Of a DNA stretch of 64,000 nucleotides, positions 1 to 9,220 are shown in pieces. Source of the DNA: Candidatus Omnitrophota bacterium (GTDB lineage Bacteria; Omnitrophota; Omnitrophia; Omnitrophales; Aquincolibacteriaceae); NCBI GenBank assembly GCA_043732705.1, contig JAYTHE010000040.1, forward strand, positions 3,250 to 67,249, given 5' to 3'. Positions within the stretch are counted from its first letter, which is position 1, and the number at the start of each line of letters is the position of its first letter. The notes beneath the pieces are model-generated. The model did no database searches. It was not told where the DNA came from and was given only the letters and a program-made list of their open reading frames with translations. The position numbers were made by a program, and so were the translations under genes.

Positions 1-331
1 AATTGATTATGGCTTGATGGAACCGCTTAAAGGAAAAATTCTTACTATCCCTCTTTCTGTTGGATGGAATGACGTAGGGAGCTGGTCGACATTATCTAAG
101 TTACTTCCGGCCAATAAAGAATATAATGTTTTACAAGGCAATGTTATCGCTGTCCGCAGCCGTGGCAATTTTGTGCGAACCTCTCAGAAGCCGATTGCGC
201 TTGTGGGTGTCCATAATATGGTTGTCGTTGACGCGGGAGATATCTTGCTTGTGTGTCCTAAGAGTGAAACTGAATCAATTCGCGACATGGTCCAAGAACT
301 TCAAAAACGCGGCATGAAGGAGTATTTATAA
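1..331 (+). CDS. Mannose-1-phosphate guanylyltransferase (GDP-mannose pyrophosphorylase), C-terminal part; the 5' end lies outside the window
   Basis: The translation ends ...LSVGWNDVGSWSTLSKL..., a nucleotidyltransferase C-terminal motif typical of ManC/GMPP. The ORF runs off the left edge. Confidence 0.55.
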   Translation, partial: IDYGLMEPLKGKILTIPLSVGWNDVGSWSTLSKLLPANKEYNVLQGNVIAVRSRGNFVRTSQKPIALVGVHNMVVVDAGDILLVCPKSETESIRDMVQELQKRGMKEYL

Positions 332-332
332 T

Positions 333-1118
333 ATGCACACGATGACAATTTTTCACGCGCTAATTTTCGGAGTTGTGGAAGGTGCTTCTGAATTTCTGCC
401 GATTTCATCTACCGCGCATTTAATTTTGACCGCAAAAATCTTAGGATTGAGACAGACGGATTTTTTAAAAAGCTTTGATATTGTGATCCAGCTAGGGGCA
501 ATTTTATCCGTGCTGGTTTTGTACTGGCGTTCTTTTTTGATGAATTGGGAAGAATTAAAGCGCGTGATTTGTGCTTTTATTCCCACAGCGATCGTAGGTT
601 TTTTTCTTTATAAGGTCGTTAAGAAATACTTCCTGGGTGACCTGCATCTTGTATTGGGATCGCTTTTTGTAGGCGGAGTTATTTTGATTCTTTTTGAGAA
701 ATTTAAATCAGGCGAAGATAATGACCCTTCCTGTGTTAACGACATTACTTACAAACAGGCCTTCCTTATCGGGCTATGCCAGGCAATAGCGGTTGTTCCC
801 GGAGTTTCCCGTTCAGCAGCGACGATTGTCGGCGGGGTATTGCTTGGGCTGGACCGCAAAACAGCCGTTGAGTTTTCTTTTTTATTGGCCGTGCCGACCA
901 TGGCGGCCGCAACCGGCCTTGACCTTGTCAAAAATGCCAATAGTTTTTCAATGGATCAGTTCGGGCTTTTGGCTGCGGGCTTTGTGCTGTCTTTTATCAT
1001 TGCTTTGATTTGTATCAAGGGACTTTTGCTGTTTATTAAAAATTATTCTTTTGTCGGTTTTGGGATTTACCGTATCGTCATTTCTGTTCTGTTTTGGCTC
1101 TTCCTGGTACGCTCCTGA
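333..1118 (+). CDS. uppP: Undecaprenyl-diphosphatase (UppP/BacA)
   Basis: 261-aa polytopic membrane protein. Its N-terminus (...GVVEGASEFLPISSTAHLIL...) is diagnostic of the UppP family. Confidence 0.85.
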   Translation: MHTMTIFHALIFGVVEGASEFLPISSTAHLILTAKILGLRQTDFLKSFDIVIQLGAILSVLVLYWRSFLMNWEELKRVICAFIPTAIVGFFLYKVVKKYFLGDLHLVLGSLFVGGVILILFEKFKSGEDNDPSCVNDITYKQAFLIGLCQAIAVVPGVSRSAATIVGGVLLGLDRKTAVEFSFLLAVPTMAAATGLDLVKNANSFSMDQFGLLAAGFVLSFIIALICIKGLLLFIKNYSFVGFGIYRIVISVLFWLFLVRS

Positions 1119-1198
1119 GCCTTTAGTCGGCTGTTACATCTGCCGATAAAAGGATATTCAATTTTGCCATCTTACTTTTTTAATGAAGGGGTGTTTTC

Positions 1199-3052
1199 AT
1201 GGATATTTCGGACAATAAAAATTTCAGTGAAGGTAAACGCAAAGCGCTTGATTTAGCGGAATCCGCACGTCAAAGCGATTGGACTCAGCCTAGTTTTGCC
1301 GCGGAACTTTTTAAAGGACGCATGGCATGGAACCTGGTCATGCCCTATCCGGCGCAGAATGCCGACGACAAAAAGATCGGCGACGCCATCATTAGCAAAA
1401 TCCGGGATGTGTTGGTTAAACATATTAATCCCGATGAAGTCGACCGTACCGGAATTATCACTGAGGAAGCATTAAAAGCGCTTTCTGATTGCGGCGCTTT
1501 CGCGATTAAAATTCCAAAAAAATACGGTGGCCTGGGTCTGACGCAGGTGAATTACAACCGCGTATTGCACTTTGTGGCAAGTTATTGTGCATCTACCGCG
1601 GTGTATCTCTCCGCGCATCAATCGATCGGTGTTCCGCAGCCTTTGATTGTTTTTGGAACCGAAGAACAAAAACAAAAGTTTTTACCGCGCTTTGCAACCG
1701 GATCAATTTCCGCTTTTGCTTTAACTGAACCGGATGTCGGCAGTGATCCTGCGAAAATGACAACCAAAGCGGTTCCCACAGAAGATGGTAAGCATTTCAT
1801 TATTAATGGCGACAAACTTTGGTGCACAAATGGTATTCGCGCCGACATTATGGTCGTGATGGCACAAACGCCGCCTAAAATTGTACATGGGAAATCACGC
1901 CAGCAAATCACCGCCTTTATTGTTGAGCGTTCCATGGGCGGTGTTGAAAACTTGCATCGTTGCGAATTTATGGGTTTAAAAGGTATCCAGAATGGGTTGA
2001 TTCGCTTTAAAGACGTCAAAGTACCGCGCGAAAACATCGTGGGCGGTGAAGGTCAGGGGCTTAAGATTGCTTTAACCACACTCAACACGGGCCGTTTAAC
2101 CATGCCCGCCGCTGTAACAGGCGCCTCCAAGTATTGCTTGCAGTCAGTTCTCGAATGGTCGAATGAACGCGTGCAATGGGGTTCAAAAATCGGAAAGCAT
2201 GAAGCCGTAGCATCTAAAATTGCGGCGATGACTTCGACGATTTTTGCGATGGAAGCAGTATCTGAAATTGCTTCGGTAATGGCTGACAAAAAAGAAACCG
2301 ACATCCGGCTTGAAGCGGCGATGGCGAAACTCGCCACGACCGAAGCTTCATGGAAAATTGTCGACGGCGCGGTTCAAATTCGCGGAGGCCGCGGTTATGA
2401 AACTGCGCGCTCACTTAAAGCCCGCGGCGAAAAACCTTGGGCAATTGAACGTGTGATGCGCGATGCGCGTATTAATACGATCATTGAAGGAACAAGCCAA
2501 ATCATGCGGCTTTTTATCGCGCGCGAAGCGATGGATATGCATGTCCGCAATATTATGTCGGTGATCGGTCCGCGCGTCAGTTTTTTTAAGCGTGTCGGTA
2601 ATTTTTTCAAAGCGTTCGCTTTTTACGCGGTGTGGTATCCGAAGCAATATTTGCCGGGAGCATCGGTTCCCTCAAATGTTCCAGGCCGGTTAGTCACGCA
2701 TTTTAAATTTATTGGCTGCACGGCTAAAAAGTTGGCGCGTAATCTTTTTCATGCCATGATGATTTACCAGACCAATCTGGAGGGGAAACAGCATTTGCTC
2801 GCTAAACTTGTGAATGTCGGAACGGATCTTTTTTCCATGTCATCAACGCTGGCGCGTGCGGTTTATCTATATAATCAAAACCCGAAAGACGACAGCGCTT
2901 TAGAACTTGCGGATCTCTTCTGTTTACAGGCCCGCGGCCGCGTAAGAAAACAGTTTCAGGGGCTTTTTTGCAATCGGGACAAGTTTGTTTATCAGGTGGC
3001 CCAAAATGCGCTTGAAGGCAAGTATAAGTGGCTTGAGTCCGATATCTTTTAA
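1199..3052 (+). CDS. Acyl-CoA dehydrogenase family protein (long form, 617 aa)
   Basis: Acyl-CoA dehydrogenase N-terminal, middle and C-terminal regions are recognisable (GGLGL, ...CTNGIRADIMVVMAQ..., ...IRGGRGYETA...), with an additional C-terminal extension. Confidence 0.75.
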   Translation: MDISDNKNFSEGKRKALDLAESARQSDWTQPSFAAELFKGRMAWNLVMPYPAQNADDKKIGDAIISKIRDVLVKHINPDEVDRTGIITEEALKALSDCGAFAIKIPKKYGGLGLTQVNYNRVLHFVASYCASTAVYLSAHQSIGVPQPLIVFGTEEQKQKFLPRFATGSISAFALTEPDVGSDPAKMTTKAVPTEDGKHFIINGDKLWCTNGIRADIMVVMAQTPPKIVHGKSRQQITAFIVERSMGGVENLHRCEFMGLKGIQNGLIRFKDVKVPRENIVGGEGQGLKIALTTLNTGRLTMPAAVTGASKYCLQSVLEWSNERVQWGSKIGKHEAVASKIAAMTSTIFAMEAVSEIASVMADKKETDIRLEAAMAKLATTEASWKIVDGAVQIRGGRGYETARSLKARGEKPWAIERVMRDARINTIIEGTSQIMRLFIAREAMDMHVRNIMSVIGPRVSFFKRVGNFFKAFAFYAVWYPKQYLPGASVPSNVPGRLVTHFKFIGCTAKKLARNLFHAMMIYQTNLEGKQHLLAKLVNVGTDLFSMSSTLARAVYLYNQNPKDDSALELADLFCLQARGRVRKQFQGLFCNRDKFVYQVAQNALEGKYKWLESDIF

Positions 3053-3190
3053 TAGGTTAAAGCTTAAAACTAAAATCTTAAAACCATAACTTAAGGCCTG
3101 ATAGCTGTCGAGCAGTTTTGGGTTTTGAGCTATGGTTTTTACTTTTGAGCTTTTATTTTTAAGTTGTCTTTGTGCTATAATTCTCGCCCT

Positions 3191-4885
3191 ATGACAGATG
3201 AAAAAAAGCTCTCAGCGAACGAACGCATCAAGACGGAAAGCCATTACCTGAAAGGTTCTTTGGCCGAAACCATGGCCCAAGACGTTGATCATTTTACTTC
3301 GGATGAAATTCAGCTGATCAAGTTCCATGGTTTTTATGAGCAGGATAATCGTGATGAGCGTGTGACTTTGGCCAAGGCCGGAAAGTCCAAGGCCTTCAGC
3401 ATGATGATTCGCTCGAAAATTCCGGGCGGCTTTTTAAATGCTGAGCAATATCTGGTGCATGACAAGATTGCGGATGATTTTGGTTTAGGGCATTTCCGCA
3501 TTACTGACCGTCAGGGGATTCAATTCCACGGTGTGCTAAAAAAGAACATTAAAGGCCTTTTCCGTGCTTTGAATCAAGTCAAGGTCACGACCATTGGTGC
3601 CTGCGGAGATGTGGTGCGCAATGTCATGTCACCCGCCGCGCCTTTTGTAAAATATCAGAAGCACGGACTTTTGGATTATACGCAAAAAGTTTCAGACCAG
3701 TTTTTATGGAAAAGCGGAACTTACGCAGAGTTGTGGTTGGACGGCAAAAAACTTGATTTAGACGGTGACCCGGAAAAAATCGAACCGATTTACGGGAAAA
3801 CTTATTTACCCCGTAAATTTAAAATCGCCATGGCTTTTCCCGGAGATAACAGCGTCGATGTTTACGCGCATGACATCGGAATTGTGCCTGAAATTCAAAA
3901 TGACCGGTTAACCGGCTTCAACATTCTGATTGGCGGCGGCTTAGGAATGACGCATGGCATTGCTACAACTTATCCGCGTGTTGCAACGCCGCTATGCTTT
4001 GTTAAGCCGGAAGAGCTGCTCGATATCACCAAAGCGATTGTGATTGCACAGCGTGATTTAGGCAATCGTGCTGACCGTAAAAACGCTCGCCTCAAATACA
4101 CGATTGATCGCTTGGGCGCGGATGTTTTCCGCAAAGAAGTTGAGAAACGCTTCGGCAAAAAAACCGAGGATATTCATCCTTTTTCATTTAATGAAATTGA
4201 ACATTATCACGGGTGGCATGATCAGGGCGACGGTAAGTGGTTCTTGGGAATATTTATTCAGAACGGCCGTGTCAAAGATGACGGAGCTTTTAAGCTGCGT
4301 ACGGCTTTGCGCACCATTGTTCAGAAATGGAAATGTAATGTTATTTTGACGCCGGAGCAGGATGTTTTGCTGTCCGGGTTTGAGGCTTCCCAAAAATTCG
4401 AGGTTGAAAATATTCTGAAAGCACATGGCGTGAAGCTTCCGGAAGAATGGGGAACAATCCATAAACATTCAATCGCCTGTCCGGCTTTGCCGACTTGCGG
4501 CCTTGCCATTAGTGAATCCGAAAGATCAATTCCTGCGACCTTGGATGAAATTTATACGAGCTTAAAAGAATTAGGTTTGGAGTCTGAAAAGATTAGCATT
4601 CGCCAAACCGGCTGCCCGAATGGCTGCGCGCGTCCTTATACAGCAGAAATTGGATTTGTGGGTAAAACAACCGGAACTTACAATATTTATCTTGCGGGCA
4701 GCCATTTAGGTGAACGCTTGAATCAGATTTTTCAAGAGAAAGTGCCCAATGCGGAGTTAGCAAAACGGTTAACGCCTGTTTTTAAAATGTTTAAGACGGA
4801 ACGGGCTCCCGGCGAAAGATTTGGGGATTTTTGCAAACGTAAAGGTATTGCCGCGCTGCAAGCCGCGGCGGCGGTGTCAGTATGA
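3191..4885 (+). CDS. Sulfite/nitrite reductase hemoprotein (siroheme 4Fe-4S family, CysI/NirA-like)
   Basis: The NIR_SIR ferredoxin-like and siroheme/4Fe-4S binding regions are present (...CPALPTCGLAISESER..., ...TGCPNGCARPY...). I chose the start at ATG 3191 (MTDEKK) because a TATAAT at 3175-3180 makes the upstream ATG at 3164 unlikely. Confidence 0.7.
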   Translation: MTDEKKLSANERIKTESHYLKGSLAETMAQDVDHFTSDEIQLIKFHGFYEQDNRDERVTLAKAGKSKAFSMMIRSKIPGGFLNAEQYLVHDKIADDFGLGHFRITDRQGIQFHGVLKKNIKGLFRALNQVKVTTIGACGDVVRNVMSPAAPFVKYQKHGLLDYTQKVSDQFLWKSGTYAELWLDGKKLDLDGDPEKIEPIYGKTYLPRKFKIAMAFPGDNSVDVYAHDIGIVPEIQNDRLTGFNILIGGGLGMTHGIATTYPRVATPLCFVKPEELLDITKAIVIAQRDLGNRADRKNARLKYTIDRLGADVFRKEVEKRFGKKTEDIHPFSFNEIEHYHGWHDQGDGKWFLGIFIQNGRVKDDGAFKLRTALRTIVQKWKCNVILTPEQDVLLSGFEASQKFEVENILKAHGVKLPEEWGTIHKHSIACPALPTCGLAISESERSIPATLDEIYTSLKELGLESEKISIRQTGCPNGCARPYTAEIGFVGKTTGTYNIYLAGSHLGERLNQIFQEKVPNAELAKRLTPVFKMFKTERAPGERFGDFCKRKGIAALQAAAAVSV

Positions 4886-5439
4886 GCGAACCTGTCGCGG
4901 TATTAACTGAGTTTACGCCGAACCCTAATTCGCTTAAATTTAATACCAACCGCGAAATTCTTGAGTCGGGAACGGCCTTTTTTTCGTCCTCTGAAAAAGC
5001 TTCGGGCGCGCCTTTAGCAAAGAAAATATTCGAGGCTGAAAATGTCGCCGAAGTTTTTATCGGTTCAGACTTTGTAACCGTGACACGCTCGGCTGAAGCG
5101 AAAAGCTGGGCAAAAATTATTTCTCAAGTTACTGAAATTATCCGCCTCCACTTAGAGTCAGGAGAGCCTTCTGTTATTGAAATGCCTTCCGCTCATGGAT
5201 CTGAGGGGAACTCCGAGATCGCGCAGAAGATCATTGAAATTTTAGATGAACGCATCCGGCCGGCCGTGGCGCGTGACGGCGGCGATATTATTTTTGACAG
5301 CTATGAAGACGGAATTGTGCGCTTGCATCTTCAGGGAGCTTGTTCGACCTGCCCCAGCTCGATTGCCACATTGAAAATCGGTGTCGAATCGATGCTGAAA
5401 GAATTAGTCCCCGAAGTCCGCGAAGTTATCCAAGTCTAA
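4882..5439 (+). CDS. NFU1-type Fe-S cluster scaffold protein (Nfu_N domain plus NifU C-terminal CxxC domain)
   Basis: N-terminal Nfu_N-like region; C-terminal ...GGDIIFDSYEDGIVRLHLQGACSTCPSS... is the NifU C-terminal domain. Its 4-bp overlap with the reductase gene suggests translational coupling. Confidence 0.7.
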   Translation: MSEPVAVLTEFTPNPNSLKFNTNREILESGTAFFSSSEKASGAPLAKKIFEAENVAEVFIGSDFVTVTRSAEAKSWAKIISQVTEIIRLHLESGEPSVIEMPSAHGSEGNSEIAQKIIEILDERIRPAVARDGGDIIFDSYEDGIVRLHLQGACSTCPSSIATLKIGVESMLKELVPEVREVIQV

Positions 5440-5454
5440 ACCACCTGAAAATCG

Positions 5455-5545
5455 TCAGCTTCTGCGTTGAACGCTGCACTTCCTTGTGCGGCGTATTTCT
5501 TTATACGCCTCCGCGGGCGTTTGCGTTTGCCTTGAATCTGATCGA
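5455..5545. repeat. Copy 1 of a roughly 85-nt intergenic element (copy 2 at 32925-33010)
   Basis: Shares CTTCCTTGTGCGGCGTAT...CGCCTCCGCGGGC...TTGCG...GCCTTG with the second copy. It contains the perfect hairpin GGCGTAT-TTCTTT-ATACGCC. Both copies start 15-25 nt after a +-strand stop codon. Confidence 0.45.
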
Positions 5546-5739
5546 TTTTGAGATGGTTTTCAATTAAGTGGAAGCGCTAGTCTGCATTTATGCCTTGCAT
5601 CGGAGCCTTTTAATGGCTAAACCCCCGTATAAAGAATTGACCTTAAAATAGTTTGCATGTTTGTGTCGTGATCACACCTTGAATTGATCGATTTTGAGCG
5701 ACTATAGTCTAGTGCTGCGCTTCTTAGGGAGCTTGAGAG

Positions 5740-6570
5740 TTAGGTTTTAGCGGGTTTTTGAACGGGTGGAAAAATATTCTCGCGTTCCAGAATGTAGACC
5801 AGGTGCTGATGCCGATCTTCCAGCCTTCGAGCCCAAATGGCACCCGCCAACCCCAGCATGAAAACAAAAAATTCAAATAAGTAAAAAAGCTTTTGCTCAT
5901 TTGAATTTTGCAGTAGAGACAGCTTCAATAAAAGTCTCGGCGCAAAACAAATCATTCCGCCGATCGCGGCGGTTGACGTAAAGAACAAACCTTCCCGGAT
6001 GGATGGCCGTAAAATTTGTAAGCCGCAAAAAATCATAAGCGCCGCGAGAAGCATGCCCGCAAAAATAAATATTTTTCCCAAGATCGGAAATTCGAGCGGA
6101 GTCAGCCCGATAAAATCATTCAGCGGCAATTCAAGAGTTTGCAGGCCTAAAGTTGTGAGTGTTGTTTTGACGGCAAATATAAACGCGGTAAACAGCAATA
6201 ATCCGCAGGCGATTTGTCGTTTTGACTGAGAGCCCAGCTGCGATTGAATCCATTGTCCCGCATGGGGTTCCCAATTTTCTGGGGGGTTGATAATGATCAT
6301 TCCCAGTGAGCAGGTAAAGTCGCTTCTTTCTTCGGAAAGATTGCGTGCGCGCAAGGTTTTGACTTCAAGCTCGAAGTTTTCTGTTTTCTTGGGCAGGCAA
6401 ATTTGCAGCACAAAACTGTCATTTTTCGAGAAGAGTTGCTGGCATGAAAGCTGAAACCCGGTGACACTCATATTGATTACGTTTACGGAGTGGCGCTCGC
6501 CTTCCGGTGTGACAAGTACCGCTTTAAAGCTCGTCGGGATTCTGATGCAGGCGCGTTTTTGATAACTCAT
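5740..6570 (-). CDS. PilZ-domain membrane protein (N-terminal PilZ, C-terminal transmembrane segments)
   Basis: RACIR...NMSVTGFQL matches the PilZ RxxxR / (D/N)xSxxG signature, followed by several hydrophobic helices. I chose the start at the internal Met (MSYQKR) rather than at the ORF-track start of 6666. Confidence 0.5.
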   Translation of the reverse strand: MSYQKRACIRIPTSFKAVLVTPEGERHSVNVINMSVTGFQLSCQQLFSKNDSFVLQICLPKKTENFELEVKTLRARNLSEERSDFTCSLGMIIINPPENWEPHAGQWIQSQLGSQSKRQIACGLLLFTAFIFAVKTTLTTLGLQTLELPLNDFIGLTPLEFPILGKIFIFAGMLLAALMIFCGLQILRPSIREGLFFTSTAAIGGMICFAPRLLLKLSLLQNSNEQKLFYLFEFFVFMLGLAGAIWARRLEDRHQHLVYILERENIFPPVQKPAKT

Positions 6571-6941
6571 CAATTCACCAGAGGTTTGGGATGGATTGAA
6601 CCCATTCCGGGCAAGAGTGTGACATGACGGATGCTTTTGATGAAGTGTCTTGGCAGGTACGCACAAAATAAGACAGCGCTATTTGGGCCGGCCCCCAGCG
6701 AAAAGCGAGTAAAAATAAAAGAGTGAGATAGGTGATACAAAAAAAAAGGCCTTTTTTGAGGCCTAGGGCGAGTTCTTTTTTTGTGTAAGGTTCACTTATT
6801 TTTAACATTTTGATTTTGCCGCTAAGTATTTAATCTCAGATTTCAGTCTTATTTTATCGGCAAATTGAGCCGATACAATAGTGGTTTATCAAAGCGAATG
6901 TGAAGCGGTCAGCGGCAGCATTCAAATGAGAGGGGAAACTT

Positions 6942-7118
6942 ATGACAGTTAAAAAGCTCAGAAGAATTAAGTCATCGCAAGTGCGTGTTTTTAAAATCAA
7001 AAATAGACGCGGTTTGGCAGGACTTTGTATGGATCATTTGACCGAAGGTTCGAGTCGGCCGCAGGTTTTGGCGCGTATGCAAAAGGCGCTTCGCCGTTCG
7101 GGATACGAACTAGCTTAA
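6942..7118 (+). CDS. Small basic hypothetical protein (58 aa), absent from the supplied ORF track
   Basis: ATG at 6942 preceded by GAGGGGAAACTT; translation MTVKKLRRIKSSQVRVFKIKNRRGLAGLCMDHLTEGSSRPQVLARMQKALRRSGYELA; stop TAA at 7116-7118. Confidence 0.25.
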   Translation: MTVKKLRRIKSSQVRVFKIKNRRGLAGLCMDHLTEGSSRPQVLARMQKALRRSGYELA

Positions 7119-7146
7119 GCTCGGGTAAAAATCCGGGCCGGATTGA

Positions 7147-7175
7147 TTGACAGGCTATCGCATCACCCCTAGAAT
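7147..7175 (+). promoter_or_regulatory. Sigma70-like promoter upstream of scpA (TTGACA, 17 nt spacer, TAGAAT)
   Basis: TTGACA at 7147-7152, a 17-nt spacer, then TAGAAT at 7170-7175, about 55 nt upstream of the scpA ATG. Confidence 0.4.
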
Positions 7176-7228
7176 AAGCCAGATTTTGTGGGGTTCGATC
7201 TATAAACTACCAGATATAGAAGCATGGC

Positions 7229-8170
7229 ATGTCCGATCTTCCTGATGACAACAATTTGAACATTCCGGCCGGTAATATTCCTCCGGAACTGCCGCTGGCT
7301 CCTATGGCCTCTGCGCCCGAAGCGCAGTCGGCAGTCGGCCCAACGCCGCCTCTTTCAGAAGAGCTGCAATCGCCGCTTCCTTTTCTTCCGACAGAGCGCT
7401 CTATCGCGATGCATGTCAAACTCGAAATTTATGACGGCCCCTTGGATTTACTGCTCGACCTGATCAAAAAAAATGAAATGGATATTTACAATATTCCCAT
7501 TTCAGAAATTACCCAGCAATACCTCCAATATTTGGAGACCTTAAAGAGCCTCGATCTTGAAGTTGCGGGAGAGTTTATCGTCATGGCTGCGACTTTGATT
7601 CATATCAAATCAAAAATGCTTTTACCGCAAATCGCTGAAGAAGAAGCGGATGATTCCGGGCTGGATCCGCGCAATGAACTTGTACGCAAGCTTTTGGAAT
7701 ATCAGGCTTTTAAAGAAGCCGCGCGCGAACTTGGATTTTTGCAAACGGAGCGCGGAAAAGTTTTTACGCGGCAGATTACCGATTATTATCTTTCCGACTT
7801 GAGCGCTGAAGACGTGGGAATCGATACCTTTAGTGCTAATTTTTATGATTTACTCGCCGCGTTTCAGAAAGTACTTTCGAAACACGGCCGCGAAGAGATG
7901 CACGAAGTTTATGAGCAGGTTGTTTCAATTGAAGAGAAAATTTCTTCAATTAAAAATTTATTGGCGGAGCGCAACACCGTGCGCTTTTTTGATTTATTTA
8001 CGGAACGCTGGACAAGGAATGAGTTGATTGCGACTTTTCTCGCGCTGCTTGAAATTGTGCGCATGAAAATCGCGGTTGTGAAACAAGACAGCCAGTTTGA
8101 AGATATTGTTTTGGAAAAACGTGAACAAACCGAATTTCAATTCGGCGCTGACAAATTAATAAATAATTAA
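7229..8170 (+). CDS. scpA: Segregation and condensation protein A (ScpA) with a proline-rich N-terminal extension
   Basis: ...LEIYDGPLDLLLDLIKKNEMDIYNIPISEITQQYLQYL... is the ScpA signature. The first roughly 60 aa are a low-complexity, Pro-rich extension. Confidence 0.85.
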   Translation: MSDLPDDNNLNIPAGNIPPELPLAPMASAPEAQSAVGPTPPLSEELQSPLPFLPTERSIAMHVKLEIYDGPLDLLLDLIKKNEMDIYNIPISEITQQYLQYLETLKSLDLEVAGEFIVMAATLIHIKSKMLLPQIAEEEADDSGLDPRNELVRKLLEYQAFKEAARELGFLQTERGKVFTRQITDYYLSDLSAEDVGIDTFSANFYDLLAAFQKVLSKHGREEMHEVYEQVVSIEEKISSIKNLLAERNTVRFFDLFTERWTRNELIATFLALLEIVRMKIAVVKQDSQFEDIVLEKREQTEFQFGADKLINN

Positions 8171-8236
8171 TCAGCGCCGTTCCTGCGAAAGCAGGAATCT
8201 AAGATCCCGGATCAAGTCCGGGATGACAGGGGAATT

Positions 8237-9220
8237 ATGAATCGAAATGATGCGGTCAAAGAAAAAGAGAAAGAAATGAAGCTTAAAGCGCTGCGCCGTG
8301 AACTTGACGAACAAATCGTTGAGCAGCTTGAAGCATCAGCATTGAGTGAGCAGCTTGAAACGGAACGCCAAACCGGCGTCGAGTCGCAGCAGCTATCTGA
8401 GGCTGATTTGCAGGATCCGGCCCGAGCAAAGCAAGTCATCGAGGCGCTGATCTTTGCTTCTTCCAAACCGATTACCGCGAATGAAATCCGTAAAGTCGCT
8501 AAATCGTTGACTCCCGGACAGATCAAGGAATACGCCGAGCAAATTCAGGTCGATTATCAAACGACGAATCGTCCGTTTGAATTGGTTGAAGTCGCGGGCG
8601 GTTATGAGATCGCGACCAAAAAAGAATTCGCGCCATGGATTTTTAAAATTGAACTTCAGAAGAAGGCCAAGCAGGCATCGCATTCTGCGTTGGAAACGCT
8701 TGCGATTCTGGCTTATAAGCAGCCGTTAACGCGCGCGGAAATCGAAGAATTACGCGGAGTGGACACAAGCGGTGTGATCGCGACTCTCTCGGAAAAAGAA
8801 TTCGTTAAAATTGTCGGCAAAAAGGAAGTGCCGGGGCGTCCTTTCCTTTATGGAACGACGGATAAGTTTCTTGAGCATTTTGGTTTGAATGATTTAACAG
8901 ATTTACCGAATATTGATGAAATCCGCGAACTTGTTTCCAAGTCGGTTAAAAAAGAAGAGTTGCTTTCAACTGCCAAGGTGGTTGAGGTTGCTCCGGGTGA
9001 CATCGTCGATGCAGCCGCTGAAGCGGTCAAGGCTGTTGATCCGATTGCCGATCGCAAAGAACGTGAACGCTTGTTGACCGAAATTACCGGAGAAATTGAA
9101 TCTGTGAATACCAAGGTAGACTTTCAATCTGAAATGCCACAAGCAGAAGCTCCTCAGTCCGAATCTGCTCCAAGTGAAAATAATGAAAAAGAAACTCCAG
9201 ACAATTCGCAAGCAAATTGA
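8237..9220 (+). CDS. scpB: Segregation and condensation protein B (ScpB) with acidic N- and C-terminal extensions
   Basis: ...VIEALIFASSKPIT...ELVEVAGGYEIATKKEFAPWI... is the ScpB winged-helix region. It sits directly downstream of scpA. Confidence 0.8.
   Translation: MNRNDAVKEKEKEMKLKALRRELDEQIVEQLEASALSEQLETERQTGVESQQLSEADLQDPARAKQVIEALIFASSKPITANEIRKVAKSLTPGQIKEYAEQIQVDYQTTNRPFELVEVAGGYEIATKKEFAPWIFKIELQKKAKQASHSALETLAILAYKQPLTRAEIEELRGVDTSGVIATLSEKEFVKIVGKKEVPGRPFLYGTTDKFLEHFGLNDLTDLPNIDEIRELVSKSVKKEELLSTAKVVEVAPGDIVDAAAEAVKAVDPIADRKERERLLTEITGEIESVNTKVDFQSEMPQAEAPQSESAPSENNEKETPDNSQAN

Noticed and set aside
3053-3190. AAAAC/TTTTGAGCT-rich repeats upstream of the sulfite reductase gene as a possible small repeat array
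   Set aside because: These are short AT-rich direct repeats typical of a promoter or UP-element region. A TATAAT lies at 3175-3180, and I see no evidence of anything more.
6571-6666. N-terminal 32-codon extension of the PilZ membrane protein ORF, and the overlapping 77-aa ORF 6575-6808
   Set aside because: The PilZ RxxxR motif begins right after the internal Met (MSYQKRACIR). The extension is Cys/His-rich without a Shine-Dalgarno sequence, and the overlapping ORF is an out-of-frame product of the same DNA.
7180-7200. GGGGTTCGATC resembling a tRNA T-arm
   Set aside because: No acceptor stem, D-arm or anticodon arm can be built around it. It lies in the scpA promoter and leader.
9174-9220. 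47-nt overlap of scpB and pheA as a possible programmed frameshift or fusion
   Set aside because: The two are in different frames, with normal stop and start codons. Short overlaps of this kind are common in compact operons. ScpB's acidic C-terminal tail simply extends over the pheA start.
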